A stretch of DNA of 64,000 bases from Candidatus Paceibacter sp. (GCA_020724905.1 DYGB01000001.1:1866-65865); one strand, 5' to 3'; counted from the stretch's first letter, positions 38,146 to 47,209 are shown. Notes: generated by a model from the sequence alone, not told the origin. A program made the numbers and translations.

Positions 38146-41100
38146 TTATTTCTTTACCCCTATTGTCATCGATGTTCCTCTCAACGAAAGTTCTTTTTTG
38201 GCATCAACAGACGTGCCTGGTTCATACACAAATGCAACTGCATGAACTTCTTTTTTAAGTATACGCTCATGATTCTTCAAAAACGAGATAACATCATGGT
38301 GCCCCTGTATATGAAGGGTAATCTCATCATGAAATGCATATCCTGCATCTTGTCGAAGTCCTTGTACGAAACGAATAAATTCACGAATATCTCCTTCATC
38401 TTTAAGGTCTTCACTTAATGTCGTATCAAGAACGAAGTCTTCTTCTTGAGATACTCCAAAAACAATGCGCTTCACATTCACCTCATCTTGGAGAAGCGTA
38501 ATAAGTTGTGATGCATAGGTACCAGTCAATTTCTTTCGTTTACATGAAAGTGTTGCAAGTGGTTGACGCACCTTTATCTGAGCGCTTGCTCGTTGTGCAA
38601 GCACTTCACTTGCAGCATCCCTAACCCACTGCATATCAGCGATAAGTTTTTTGTAACGTGTATCAAAGCCATGTTCTGGCCATCCTTCAAGGTGAACTGA
38701 ATCAGCTCCTTTGATGGTGTAGAGATTTTTAAGTGACTGATAGAGCGCCTCTGAGAAAAATGGAATAAAAGGAGCGGTAAGTTTACTCAATGAAAGTAAT
38801 ACATAACCAAGTACTGAGGATGTCATCTCCCATTCTTTCTTTGTCTCAGGTTTTTGTAATCGTCGTCGAGAACGACGGATATACCATCGAGACATGTCAT
38901 CAACAAATGTTTCAACAGCAGATGAGGCACGGGTAATATCATACTCATCCATAGCATCTTTTACGATCTGCTCTGTCTCTCCCAATCGTGCCAAAATCCA
39001 TACATCAAGCACATGCTCACTTTCAGGTGCAGCGGAAAGAGAAAGTTTCTTCTTTCCATATAGTTCAAGGAATGAAAATGAGTTGTACATAACAAGCAAG
39101 AATCGTCTCAAGATATTCCCCACATCAGCTTCATCAAAATTCTTTGGTTCTCCTGGAGCATTGATAGTAAAGAAATACCAACGAATTGCATCGATACCAT
39201 ACTTTTCAATAAGTGCCCATGGGTCAACAACATTTCCTTTTGACTTAGACATTTTCTGTCCATTCTTATCAAGCACCAATCCAAGAGACACCACATTTTT
39301 GTATGGTGTTCCTAGTCCCAATAGAACTGCTGTTGCCATAAGGGTATAGAACCATCCACGTGTTTGATCAATTCCCTCAGAAATAAAGTCTGCAGGAAAT
39401 CCATGTGGCTTTTTACCCTCTGCCTTAAAAGGAAAGTGGGTACTTCCATACGGCATTGAACCAGAATCAAACCACACATCAGCAACATCAGGAACTCGTT
39501 TCATTACCTCTCCAGAATCAGAACGTAGGAAAACCTCATCAACATAAGGACGATGCATATCAATCATACCAAGCGCATCAATAGGGAGGTTATCAGAAAC
39601 ACAAGATACATATCCTCCCGTAGGAATAAAGTGTTTCTTTTCTTTCTTTATCATTTCCTCCATTGATAGATGTTCCATGACAGCACGAAACATACGAAGC
39701 GTATCTCCATGACTTACCACTGCAATGGTCTTGTCTGGATATTTCCTCTGCATCTCTTTGTAAAATTCTGTTACCCGTACACGAACATCATGTAGTGATT
39801 CAGCTCCCTCAGGAGCATCCATAACAGGATCGATATCTTTTTGAGAAAAGAATCCATAAAATTCAGAAATAGCTTTATGTGCATATATTCCTGCTTCTCG
39901 TTCTTTAATACGCTCATCAACAATGACACGCTTTACCCCAAGTTCCCGAGAAAGAAGCTCAGCTGTTTGTTTCGTTCGAGTATAAGGAGAAGAGACGATA
40001 ATATCAACATTCTCTTGTACAAGCTTTTTGGCTAAATGAGCAACTTCTTCTTTTCCTTTCTCGGTAAGACGGGAGGTATATTCTTTTGTTTCCTTCCCTG
40101 AAGCCCACCATCCTTCAACATTGGCACGAGCTTCTCCATGACGAATAAGAAGGAAGGTATTACTATGAGCACGATATGTCGTGAGATCTTCTAAGCTCTT
40201 TACCACCCGAATTTCTCCTGTATCAGATTTCCAGATAGGAAGTGGCGTACCCCAGTATCGTTCACGTGAAATTGCCCAATCTTTTGCCTGCGCAATCCAT
40301 TCTCCAAAACGCCCCTCTTTAATATGTGCAGGAACCCATGATACTCCTTTATTTGCTTTAAGAAGTTCTTTACGAAGTGAAGACACTTCAAAAAACCATG
40401 CTCGACGAGCCCAATAGATAAGAGGTGAAGAACAACGCCAACAAAATGGATATTCATGATCGCCGTGACCTCCCTTAAGAAGCAATCCCTTTTCTTCAAG
40501 GTATGCACTAATAACACTATCAGCCTCCTTTATCGGCTTTCCTTCTCCAATGCATCCTTCTGCTACTTTCCCATCAGCGGTAATGGTCTGAGGAAGTATA
40601 TGTTCTTCCTTAAGACCATCAGGAAATACAAGTGAAAAATCATCCTCTCCAAAACTTGGAGCAATATGAACAAGACCAGTCCCCTCATCGGTAGAAACAA
40701 AGTCAGCGCCACGAACATAATAGCGATCAAATGGTAAAGATACCTCTCCTTCATACGGAACAGCGGGAAGATACTCCCATCCAACCATCTCGCTTCCTTT
40801 CTTTTTTACCTTACTTGTTTCTTCATATCCTTCAGGAAGCTTATGAGCCCATACCTTCTTTCCTTCAAGAGAAAACTGATGATATATCACCTTTGGATCA
40901 AGGGCGATAGCAACGTTTGCAGAAAGTGTCCATGGTGTTGTCGTCCACACTAATAAAAATTCATTCTTCTTCCCCTTGAGAGGAAAAAGTACGTAGACCG
41001 AAGGATCACTCACCGTTTGATATACTCCTGGTTGTCCTAACTCATGGTTTGCAAGTGCTGTTTGACAGCGATAACAATACGGAGTCACTTTATATGATTC

Positions 41101-41616
41101 TTTTAAATACCCTCTTTCTGCGATACGAGAAAACACCCACCACAGACTCTCTATATATTCAGGAGCATAGGTAACATATGCATTATCAAGATCAAGCCAG
41201 TATCCAATGCGTTCGGTAAGTTTCTCCCACTCATCTTTGTAGCGAAAGATAGATTCTCGTGCTTTGTTATTAAACGTATCAATACCAATACGCTCAATGT
41301 CTTTTTTTGTTTGTATCCCAAGGCTTTTTTCAGTTTCTATCTCAATAGGGAGTCCATGTGTATCCCACCCTCCCTTTCGAGGAACACGGTACCCTTGCAT
41401 TGTTTTGTACCGAAGAAAGACATCTTTCATAGCACGAGCAAGAATATGGTGTATTCCAGGACGTCCATTCGCATACGGAGGACCTTCCCAAAAATAAAAT
41501 TCCTCTCCCTCTGTATTGTGAGAAAGGCTTTTTTCAAAAATCTTTTTCTTCTTCCATAACGAAAGAATGTTTTCTTCTACTTCCGATGCATTAAATGCTT
41601 TAAGTTTTTCTAACAT
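38146..41616 (-). CDS. ileS: Isoleucine--tRNA ligase (type 2) with an inserted histidine-phosphatase domain
   Basis: EGPPYANG.PGIHH; GWDTHGLP; WTTTPWT; GTGLVH; ISRERYWGTP; insert IRHGE...SHGD; DMHRP; WFDSGSMP; EGIDQTRGWFY; KMSKS. Confidence 0.95.
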   Translation of the reverse strand: MLEKLKAFNASEVEENILSLWKKKKIFEKSLSHNTEGEEFYFWEGPPYANGRPGIHHILARAMKDVFLRYKTMQGYRVPRKGGWDTHGLPIEIETEKSLGIQTKKDIERIGIDTFNNKARESIFRYKDEWEKLTERIGYWLDLDNAYVTYAPEYIESLWWVFSRIAERGYLKESYKVTPYCYRCQTALANHELGQPGVYQTVSDPSVYVLFPLKGKKNEFLLVWTTTPWTLSANVAIALDPKVIYHQFSLEGKKVWAHKLPEGYEETSKVKKKGSEMVGWEYLPAVPYEGEVSLPFDRYYVRGADFVSTDEGTGLVHIAPSFGEDDFSLVFPDGLKEEHILPQTITADGKVAEGCIGEGKPIKEADSVISAYLEEKGLLLKGGHGDHEYPFCWRCSSPLIYWARRAWFFEVSSLRKELLKANKGVSWVPAHIKEGRFGEWIAQAKDWAISRERYWGTPLPIWKSDTGEIRVVKSLEDLTTYRAHSNTFLLIRHGEARANVEGWWASGKETKEYTSRLTEKGKEEVAHLAKKLVQENVDIIVSSPYTRTKQTAELLSRELGVKRVIVDERIKEREAGIYAHKAISEFYGFFSQKDIDPVMDAPEGAESLHDVRVRVTEFYKEMQRKYPDKTIAVVSHGDTLRMFRAVMEHLSMEEMIKKEKKHFIPTGGYVSCVSDNLPIDALGMIDMHRPYVDEVFLRSDSGEVMKRVPDVADVWFDSGSMPYGSTHFPFKAEGKKPHGFPADFISEGIDQTRGWFYTLMATAVLLGLGTPYKNVVSLGLVLDKNGQKMSKSKGNVVDPWALIEKYGIDAIRWYFFTINAPGEPKNFDEADVGNILRRFLLVMYNSFSFLELYGKKKLSLSAAPESEHVLDVWILARLGETEQIVKDAMDEYDITRASSAVETFVDDMSRWYIRRSRRRLQKPETKKEWEMTSSVLGYVLLSLSKLTAPFIPFFSEALYQSLKNLYTIKGADSVHLEGWPEHGFDTRYKKLIADMQWVRDAASEVLAQRASAQIKVRQPLATLSCKRKKLTGTYASQLITLLQDEVNVKRIVFGVSQEEDFVLDTTLSEDLKDEGDIREFIRFVQGLRQDAGYAFHDEITLHIQGHHDVISFLKNHERILKKEVHAVAFVYEPGTSVDAKKELSLRGTSMTIGVKK

Positions 41617-41701
41617 ACTGCTATCTCTCTACACTATCAAAAAAAAGAGAATAAAAAAAGAACGATTGTAAGAATAGAAAAAGTACCATACAATTCCTAG
41701 T

Positions 41702-42142
41702 ATGAGCTTTGCAGACAATAAAAAAGCATATCATGACTATCACATCCTCTCAGAATATGAAGCGGGCATTCTTTTATCTGGACAAGAAGTAAAATCCCTC
41801 AGAAACAAGAGGGGATCACTTCAAGGAGCATACGTTAAAATCTATGGAGGTGAACCATGGCTCCTTAACATGCACATTCCACCCTATCAAGAAAAAAATG
41901 CACCTCCTCAATATGCCCCGGATCAGCCCAGAAAACTTCTTCTTCACAAAAAAGAACTTGATGAACTCCGTGGGCAAAGTGATCAAAAAGGATTGACAAT
42001 TATTCCTCTTTCATTGTATAGTAAGGGTCGTTACATCAAAGCAAAGATAGGAATCGGACGAGGAAAGAAGAAAGCAGATAAGCGAGAAACAATAAAGAAA
42101 CGAGATGTAGAAAGAAAGATACGACGAACACTACAACACTAG
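41702..42142 (+). CDS. smpB: SsrA-binding protein SmpB
   Basis: NKKAYHDY; EAGI.L.G.EVKS; RKLLLHKKE; GKKKADKR. Confidence 0.96.
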   Translation: MSFADNKKAYHDYHILSEYEAGILLSGQEVKSLRNKRGSLQGAYVKIYGGEPWLLNMHIPPYQEKNAPPQYAPDQPRKLLLHKKELDELRGQSDQKGLTIIPLSLYSKGRYIKAKIGIGRGKKKADKRETIKKRDVERKIRRTLQH

Positions 42143-42477
42143 GGGGGCGTCAGTTTCGACAAATGCACTCCTTAAAAAATTGCGAGTTGAGTTGAACATC
42201 TCATAAATCTGTTCACCATTTTATCTGCAAACAAAACTGCAGCTCCAGCACTTGCGTACGCGTAAGTGTTGGCTCTCGACATAAGCTCGAGACATCAGCC
42301 CTCAATGTCTGATGCGAGGATTACTGGTGTTATATATCTCAGACCCTCCTACGGAACTGGATAAGCCGTAGTACAGGTAAACTATCCACCTATTGAGGTG
42401 TCAGACGACATTCTGACTATGCTCGTAGATTGTTTTTTAAGATGTTTTTGGACGGGAGTTCAATCTCCCCGCCTCCA
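42143..42477 (+). ncRNA. ssrA: tmRNA; tag reading frame 42227-42265 encodes ANKTAAPALAYA*
   Basis: 5' GGGGGCG...TTCGAC pairs with 3' CGCCTCC-A, including the G3-U alanine identity pair; GAC-GGGAG-TTCAAT-CTCCC T-arm; adjacent to smpB. Confidence 0.93.
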
Positions 42478-42481
42478 CAAG

Positions 42482-42508
42482 AAAACAAGCACTCTTGCTT
42501 GTTTTTTT
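42482..42508 (+). terminator. Intrinsic terminator after tmRNA
   Basis: AAACAAGC-loop-GCTTGTTT followed by a T run. Confidence 0.75.
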
Positions 42509-42570
42509 ATTTCATGTTTCAGTATAGCCAGTTACTTAAAATTACTTCAAACCAATACAAGGAGCTTCCC

Positions 42571-42843
42571 ATGGAAAAGCACGTTCTTCTCATTATCTCT
42601 GATAAACCCATAACACCCCCAAAAGACATGGAAGGAGTACAACACTTCATCCATGAAATACTCCCTATCAAGCCAGGACCCCACCAAGGTATAGGGATAG
42701 AAAAATCTGCCCCCCAACACATGCTAGATAGATCTAACTACGCTGTATGGGGAGAAGGCACCCATGTTTCGGGAGCCATAACAGACTGGTTACACAACCT
42801 AGTAAATGTTATGGGATACCAACCGCATTACAAAAAACAATAA
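42571..42843 (+). CDS. Hypothetical protein (90 aa)
   Basis: AAGGAG 6 nt before ATG 42571; flanked by two terminators. Confidence 0.65.
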   Translation: MEKHVLLIISDKPITPPKDMEGVQHFIHEILPIKPGPHQGIGIEKSAPQHMLDRSNYAVWGEGTHVSGAITDWLHNLVNVMGYQPHYKKQ

Positions 42844-42854
42844 TAGTTATATAT

Positions 42855-42878
42855 AAAGGAGTCTTTGGGGCTCCTTTT
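42855..42878 (+). terminator. Intrinsic terminator
   Basis: AAAGGAGTC-loop-GGCTCCTTTT. Confidence 0.65.
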
Positions 42879-42896
42879 CTATTACTCTCCTTCTAT

Positions 42897-42926
42897 TTGA
42901 CAATACACAACAAAGAATGGTAATCT
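42897..42926 (+). promoter_or_regulatory. Promoter of infC-rpmI-rplT
   Basis: TTGACA, 18 nt spacer containing TG, TAATCT. Confidence 0.6.
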
Positions 42927-42980
42927 GTGTATGAAAAGCACGGTATGTGTTTTTCTTTTTTCAAAAGTAATTAGTTATAT

Positions 42981-43538
42981 CTGAAGATAAAACGGCGACG
43001 GCCACAACAAAGAAAAATTCCTCTGAATCGAAAGTTCGTTATCAACGAACGAATCCGAGCTTCATCCTTGCGCGTTATTGATGCAGAAGGAGAAAATAGA
43101 GGGGTCTGCACAAGAGAAGAAGCTCTTGCGCTCGCACAAGAACAAGGAAAAGATCTCATCATTATTAGTGATCAGGTTGATCCTCCTGTTGCCCGTATTA
43201 CAGACTTTGACAAATTCAGATATCAACACGAAAAACAGGAAAAAGAAAAGAAAAAGCAGCAAGCACAAAAAGGAGCAGGAGAAGTAAAACATATTCGCTT
43301 CTCAGGACGTGCTGCTGAAAATGATTTAAAAACAAAAATACGCCAAGTAGAGAAGTTTCTAGAACATGGAGCAAAAGTAGAGCTCATGCTCGTTTTAAGG
43401 GGAAGAGAGAAGGCAAATAAGACATGGGCATATGAACGACTTGACCATTTCCTCTCATTAATAGAAACTGAGTACAAAATAGTATCACCAGCGAAAAAAG
43501 GAGGACGAGGAATCATCGCACAGATAGTAAAAAAATAG
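42981..43538 (+). CDS. infC: Translation initiation factor IF-3 (non-AUG start; exact codon uncertain)
   Basis: Conserved INERIR lies upstream of the track's TTG 43068; in-frame stop at 42972; only CTG/ATA/ATT/ATC-type starts are available. Confidence 0.9.
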   Translation: MKIKRRRPQQRKIPLNRKFVINERIRASSLRVIDAEGENRGVCTREEALALAQEQGKDLIIISDQVDPPVARITDFDKFRYQHEKQEKEKKKQQAQKGAGEVKHIRFSGRAAENDLKTKIRQVEKFLEHGAKVELMLVLRGREKANKTWAYERLDHFLSLIETEYKIVSPAKKGGRGIIAQIVKK

Positions 43539-43539
43539 T

Positions 43540-43722
43540 ATGAAAAAATCAGTCACCACACGTATCAAAATAACAAAGAACCAGAAGGGACTTCGTCGTA
43601 ACATGGCACAGTGCCACTTTCGTGCGAAAAAATCATCACTCCAATTACAACGAACTGCTGGAAAGAAAAGTGTCCCTGCAACGTTGATAAAACGAGTCAT
43701 TAAAAAACAAGGTGAACTATAA
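43540..43722 (+). CDS. rpmI: 50S ribosomal protein L35
   Basis: KSVTTRIKITK...HFRAKKS; sits between infC and rplT. Confidence 0.85.
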   Translation: MKKSVTTRIKITKNQKGLRRNMAQCHFRAKKSSLQLQRTAGKKSVPATLIKRVIKKQGEL

Positions 43723-43734
43723 TAATTTAGATCT

Positions 43735-44082
43735 ATGCCACGAGTAAAACGAGGAACCAGTGCAAATAAGAAACGAGCACGCGTTCTTAAAAAAACAAAA
43801 GGGTTTATGTGGGGACGAAAGTCCAAAGAACGAGCTGCAAAAGAAGCTCTTCTTCACGCACAATCACATGCCTTTAAAGGACGAAAAGAAAAGAAACGAG
43901 TATTTCGTCGTCTTTGGCAGACACGACTCAATGCAGCAGTACGAGCACGAGGAACAAACTATAGTACATTCATCGCAAAAGCAAAAGAAAAGAGCGTACT
44001 CCTTGATAGAAAGATACTTTCAAATCTTGCAAAAGATGATCCAAAAGCATTTGATGCAGTCTACGAGACTGTGATGAAATAA
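43735..44082 (+). CDS. rplT: 50S ribosomal protein L20
   Basis: MPRVKRG; RRLWQTRLNAA; YSTFI; DRKILSNLA. Confidence 0.96.
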   Translation: MPRVKRGTSANKKRARVLKKTKGFMWGRKSKERAAKEALLHAQSHAFKGRKEKKRVFRRLWQTRLNAAVRARGTNYSTFIAKAKEKSVLLDRKILSNLAKDDPKAFDAVYETVMK

Positions 44083-44105
44083 AAATCTGCCTTAGGCAGA
44101 TTTTT
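44081..44105. terminator. Bidirectional terminator overlapping the NUDIX stop
   Basis: AAAAATCTGCC-TTA-GGCAGATTTTT. Confidence 0.8.
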
Positions 44106-44589
44106 TTTGATCATTCCCCTCCTTCCTTTTCTTGTGTTTCTTTTTCAAAAATCCATACGCTTGGCGTAACACCTTCCTATTCTCCTTATTCTTCTCTCCA
44201 GAAAAAATACGAAGTGCTTCTCGATATACAAACCATCCATATCCTTCAAAGTCTGGTTCGAGACGAACATTCTTTCCCTTTGTTTCTCCAAGATAAAATA
44301 TCACTGTCTTTGATATCCGTTGTCTATGTTTCGTAAAGACCCAATGCTCATACGCCTTAAACCCATTAATAATAGAAAAATCAGATCGTGACAGTCCTGT
44401 TTCTTCACGTGTCTCACGTAGTGCTGCTTCAAAACTCCTCTCTTCATTCTCTATCTTTCCCCGTGGAAAGGTCCAGTGAGACTTTCCTCTATACAGTATT
44501 AAAAAAAGCGGCTCTTTTTTTTCAAGCCGAAAGATGATAACACCAGAAGAAATTTCTTTCTTGTCTGTTTGTTTCTTTTGCATTTCCAT
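44092..44589 (-). CDS. NUDIX hydrolase (Ap4A hydrolase-like)
   Basis: SSGVIIFR; WTFPRGKIE...AALRETREETGL. Confidence 0.88.
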   Translation of the reverse strand: MEMQKKQTDKKEISSGVIIFRLEKKEPLFLILYRGKSHWTFPRGKIENEERSFEAALRETREETGLSRSDFSIINGFKAYEHWVFTKHRQRISKTVIFYLGETKGKNVRLEPDFEGYGWFVYREALRIFSGEKNKENRKVLRQAYGFLKKKHKKRKEGNDQKKSA

Positions 44590-44592
44590 ATA

Positions 44593-45738
44593 CTACAATT
44601 GATCTCTCTTAATACGACTTAAAATACCATCGATCTCCTCAGAGGAATAAAAATGAATGATAATCTTTCCTCCCTTTTTACTCTGTTCAACTCGTACAGG
44701 AGCTCCTAGTGTTTCAGACAATTCTCTTTCAAGTCGATGGAGTCGGACATCCCCTACCGATGTCACATGAGACACATGGTCTTCTTTTTCTTCGACAACA
44801 TCCCTTCTCTCAAGAGACTTCATATATCGTTTTAATTCACGAACACTCATCGTATCATTCCGAGCACGAAGGAATAATTCCTTTTGTATCTGTGGGTCTG
44901 ATACTTGTAATAGGAGCCGTGCACTACTCTCACTAATTTCACTTTTCAGAAGTGCATCTTGGATGTCACTAGGTAAAGAAAGTAAACGAAGTGTATTTGC
45001 AACAGATTCTCTACTCTTTCCCAGCTTTGCTGCAATTTCCCTCTGTGTCATACCAAATTCATCTGAGAGTCGTGCATATGCTCGTGCTGTTTCAATACTA
45101 CTTAACTCTTGTCTTTGAATGTTCTCAACGATAGCCATTTCAAGAGAATGAGATTCTTCTCCTTTCTTTCGAACAATCGCAGGAACAGTTTTAAGACCAG
45201 CTTTCTTTGCCCCAAGAAGTCGTCGATGCCCTGCAACAAGCTGATATGAAACTCGTGTCCCTAGTTCAGTTTCTCGCTCTTTTTTCTCAACCACAAGAGG
45301 TTGAAGAATACCATATTCACGAATTGATACTGCAAGTTCACTAATTGCCTGTTCATCAAATGTTTTTCGAGGTTGATACGGGTTAGCAACAATCTTTTCT
45401 ATCTCTATCTGAAATACAGGACCCATCTCATGGAGCTTTTCTTCTTCCTGTTCATATACAGGAGGGGGTGAAGAAGGAATGTGAGAAAAAGAAGGTGTTT
45501 CTTCTTCTTGTCTTTCATATGAAGGAGTATAGGTATGAGTACTTCTTTCATGAGAAGGCTCAAATCTTTCTTCTGGTTGCTCAGAAGAAAGATCGGAAAG
45601 AACGCCAAGTCCTTCGCGTTCTTCTCGTACTATTTCTTCCTCATCCTGAGAAGTTATATCATCATCAAACAGAGCGTCATCATCCGCCCTCTGAATATCT
45701 CTTCTAGGGATAAGTGATTCAAGTCCTTTTCCTGACAT
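44593..45738 (-). CDS. parB: Chromosome partitioning protein ParB/Spo0J
   Basis: KGLESLI; NPYQPRKTF; GILQPL; VAGHRR; ENIQR; SRESVANTLRLL. Confidence 0.93.
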   Translation of the reverse strand: MSGKGLESLIPRRDIQRADDDALFDDDITSQDEEEIVREEREGLGVLSDLSSEQPEERFEPSHERSTHTYTPSYERQEEETPSFSHIPSSPPPVYEQEEEKLHEMGPVFQIEIEKIVANPYQPRKTFDEQAISELAVSIREYGILQPLVVEKKERETELGTRVSYQLVAGHRRLLGAKKAGLKTVPAIVRKKGEESHSLEMAIVENIQRQELSSIETARAYARLSDEFGMTQREIAAKLGKSRESVANTLRLLSLPSDIQDALLKSEISESSARLLLQVSDPQIQKELFLRARNDTMSVRELKRYMKSLERRDVVEEKEDHVSHVTSVGDVRLHRLERELSETLGAPVRVEQSKKGGKIIIHFYSSEEIDGILSRIKRDQL

Positions 45739-45775
45739 ACAATATCACCATTATGACAAAAAATACTCTAAAACG

Positions 45776-46573
45776 CTACCACGCAACAAAATTATGTGCC
45801 TGAGGTTTATTCTGTTCATCAGCGATAATCTCACGAGCAAGCGATTCATAGGCACGAGCACCTTGTGATGAACGGTTGTGTAGGATAATAGGTTTTTTAA
45901 AGCTTGGAGATTCTGCAAGTGAAACAGAACGAGGGATAACGGTATTAAACACTCGATGAGGGAAATGTCTTCGTACTTCCTTTGCTACTTCACGACTCAA
46001 CACCTCTCTTCTGTTATACATAGTAAGAAGCGCTCCTCCGATTTTAAGGTTGGTCTTGAGGTTTGTGTTAATAAGGGTAATAGTTCGAAGTAATTCCCCT
46101 AGTCCCTGAAGACTGTAGTATTCAGTCTGTATAGGGATAAGTACTTCATCAGAAGCAACTAACCCATTAAGAGTTAGTAAGCTTAAACTAGGAGGAAGAT
46201 CGATAAATACATAGGCGTATTGATGACGTACACGAGAAAGAAGTCGGCGCAAAAGAAACTCTCTATCCCCTACATCAATAAGCTCTACAAGAGCTCCAGC
46301 TAAATCTGAATTTGCGGGCAAGATATCAAGGTGTGGTATTTCTGTTTTTCTCACAGACACATCAAAAGGAACATCCCCTAAAAAAGAATGATACACACTG
46401 TACTGTAATGTATGTGGAGTAATACCAAGTCCTGATGTTGCATTCCCCTGAGGATCAAAATCAACGATAAGAGATTTCTTCCCAAGCGTCGCTAAATACG
46501 CAGCCAAATTTATAGTTGTTGTTGTTTTCCCTACTCCTCCTTTTTGATTACAAACGGAAAATACACGAGCCAT
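45776..46573 (-). CDS. parA: Chromosome partitioning ATPase ParA/Soj
   Basis: NQKGGVGKTTT; DPQGNATSG; DLPPSL; LAESPS. Start ATG 46573. Confidence 0.95.
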   Translation of the reverse strand: MARVFSVCNQKGGVGKTTTTINLAAYLATLGKKSLIVDFDPQGNATSGLGITPHTLQYSVYHSFLGDVPFDVSVRKTEIPHLDILPANSDLAGALVELIDVGDREFLLRRLLSRVRHQYAYVFIDLPPSLSLLTLNGLVASDEVLIPIQTEYYSLQGLGELLRTITLINTNLKTNLKIGGALLTMYNRREVLSREVAKEVRRHFPHRVFNTVIPRSVSLAESPSFKKPIILHNRSSQGARAYESLAREIIADEQNKPQAHNFVAW

Positions 46574-46623
46574 AACTAAATTGATTTTATCCCAAATCAG
46601 TGATAGTATCAACGAGAAATCAT

Positions 46624-46707
46624 GGGCGAGTGTCGGAATTGGTAGACGAGCACGACTCAAAATCGTGTGGCCTAGTTGCCGTGAGGGTTCGATTCCCTCC
46701 TCGCCCA
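46624..46707 (+). tRNA. tRNA-Leu(CAA)
   Basis: GGGCGAG/CTCGCCC acceptor stem; CACGA-CTCAAAA-TCGTG; long variable arm; GGTTCGATTCC. Confidence 0.95.
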
Positions 46708-46786
46708 CATAGAATATCTTTACAAAATATACATATTGTGATTTTATAATATTAGTATTCTAAAACTAATAAAAAAGAGGCGTCCC

Positions 46787-47176
46787 GTGAAACAAACACT
46801 ATATTTCTATGGATATCATGGAAATGAACAAGTACGATGTGGTGCAGATACACACGTTATATCAGAAATCCGCATCCCTCAAGATCAAAGATTTTATCCT
46901 CCATTTACCATTGATTTCACCGATGCGAACAAATTACTAAGGATTGGTGAAGTGGCAGATATAGTAGTAGGAGATATGGGGCTTCTAAAGAAGGCTACAC
47001 GTCTTGGGATTAGGGAAAATCCCCCTCCTCACATACCTCAAGAAGAAACAGCACAGAACACGTACGATCCATACGATCCAAATGAATTCAAGCAGGTATT
47101 CAGATGGAAAAAGAAACGTGTTTGGATTGTTGAAAATTTTTCATGTCTCTTAAGGCATAAAGTAGGATCAAAATGA
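46787..47176 (+). CDS. Hypothetical protein (129 aa)
   Basis: GTG start preceded by AGAGG; fills the gap downstream of the tRNA. Confidence 0.55.
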   Translation: MKQTLYFYGYHGNEQVRCGADTHVISEIRIPQDQRFYPPFTIDFTDANKLLRIGEVADIVVGDMGLLKKATRLGIRENPPPHIPQEETAQNTYDPYDPNEFKQVFRWKKKRVWIVENFSCLLRHKVGSK

Positions 47177-47209
47177 CTTCATATTACAATACGAAAGGAG
47201 GTGAGTATT

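Noticed and set aside
40258-40273. parS-like palindrome TTCACGTGAA
   Set aside because: Four mismatches to TGTTTCACGTGAAACA, and it is explained by codons of the conserved ISRER motif.
42398-42570. ORFs starting at 42398 and 42430
   Set aside because: They start inside tmRNA and cross its terminator; ATG 42571 has the SD.
42571-42843. HicB-like antitoxin call (WGEGTHVSGAITDW)
   Set aside because: The resemblance is too short and there is no HicA partner; left as hypothetical.
46574-46708. N-terminal extension of ParA
   Set aside because: It is antisense to tRNA-Leu(CAA); ParA homology begins at 46573.
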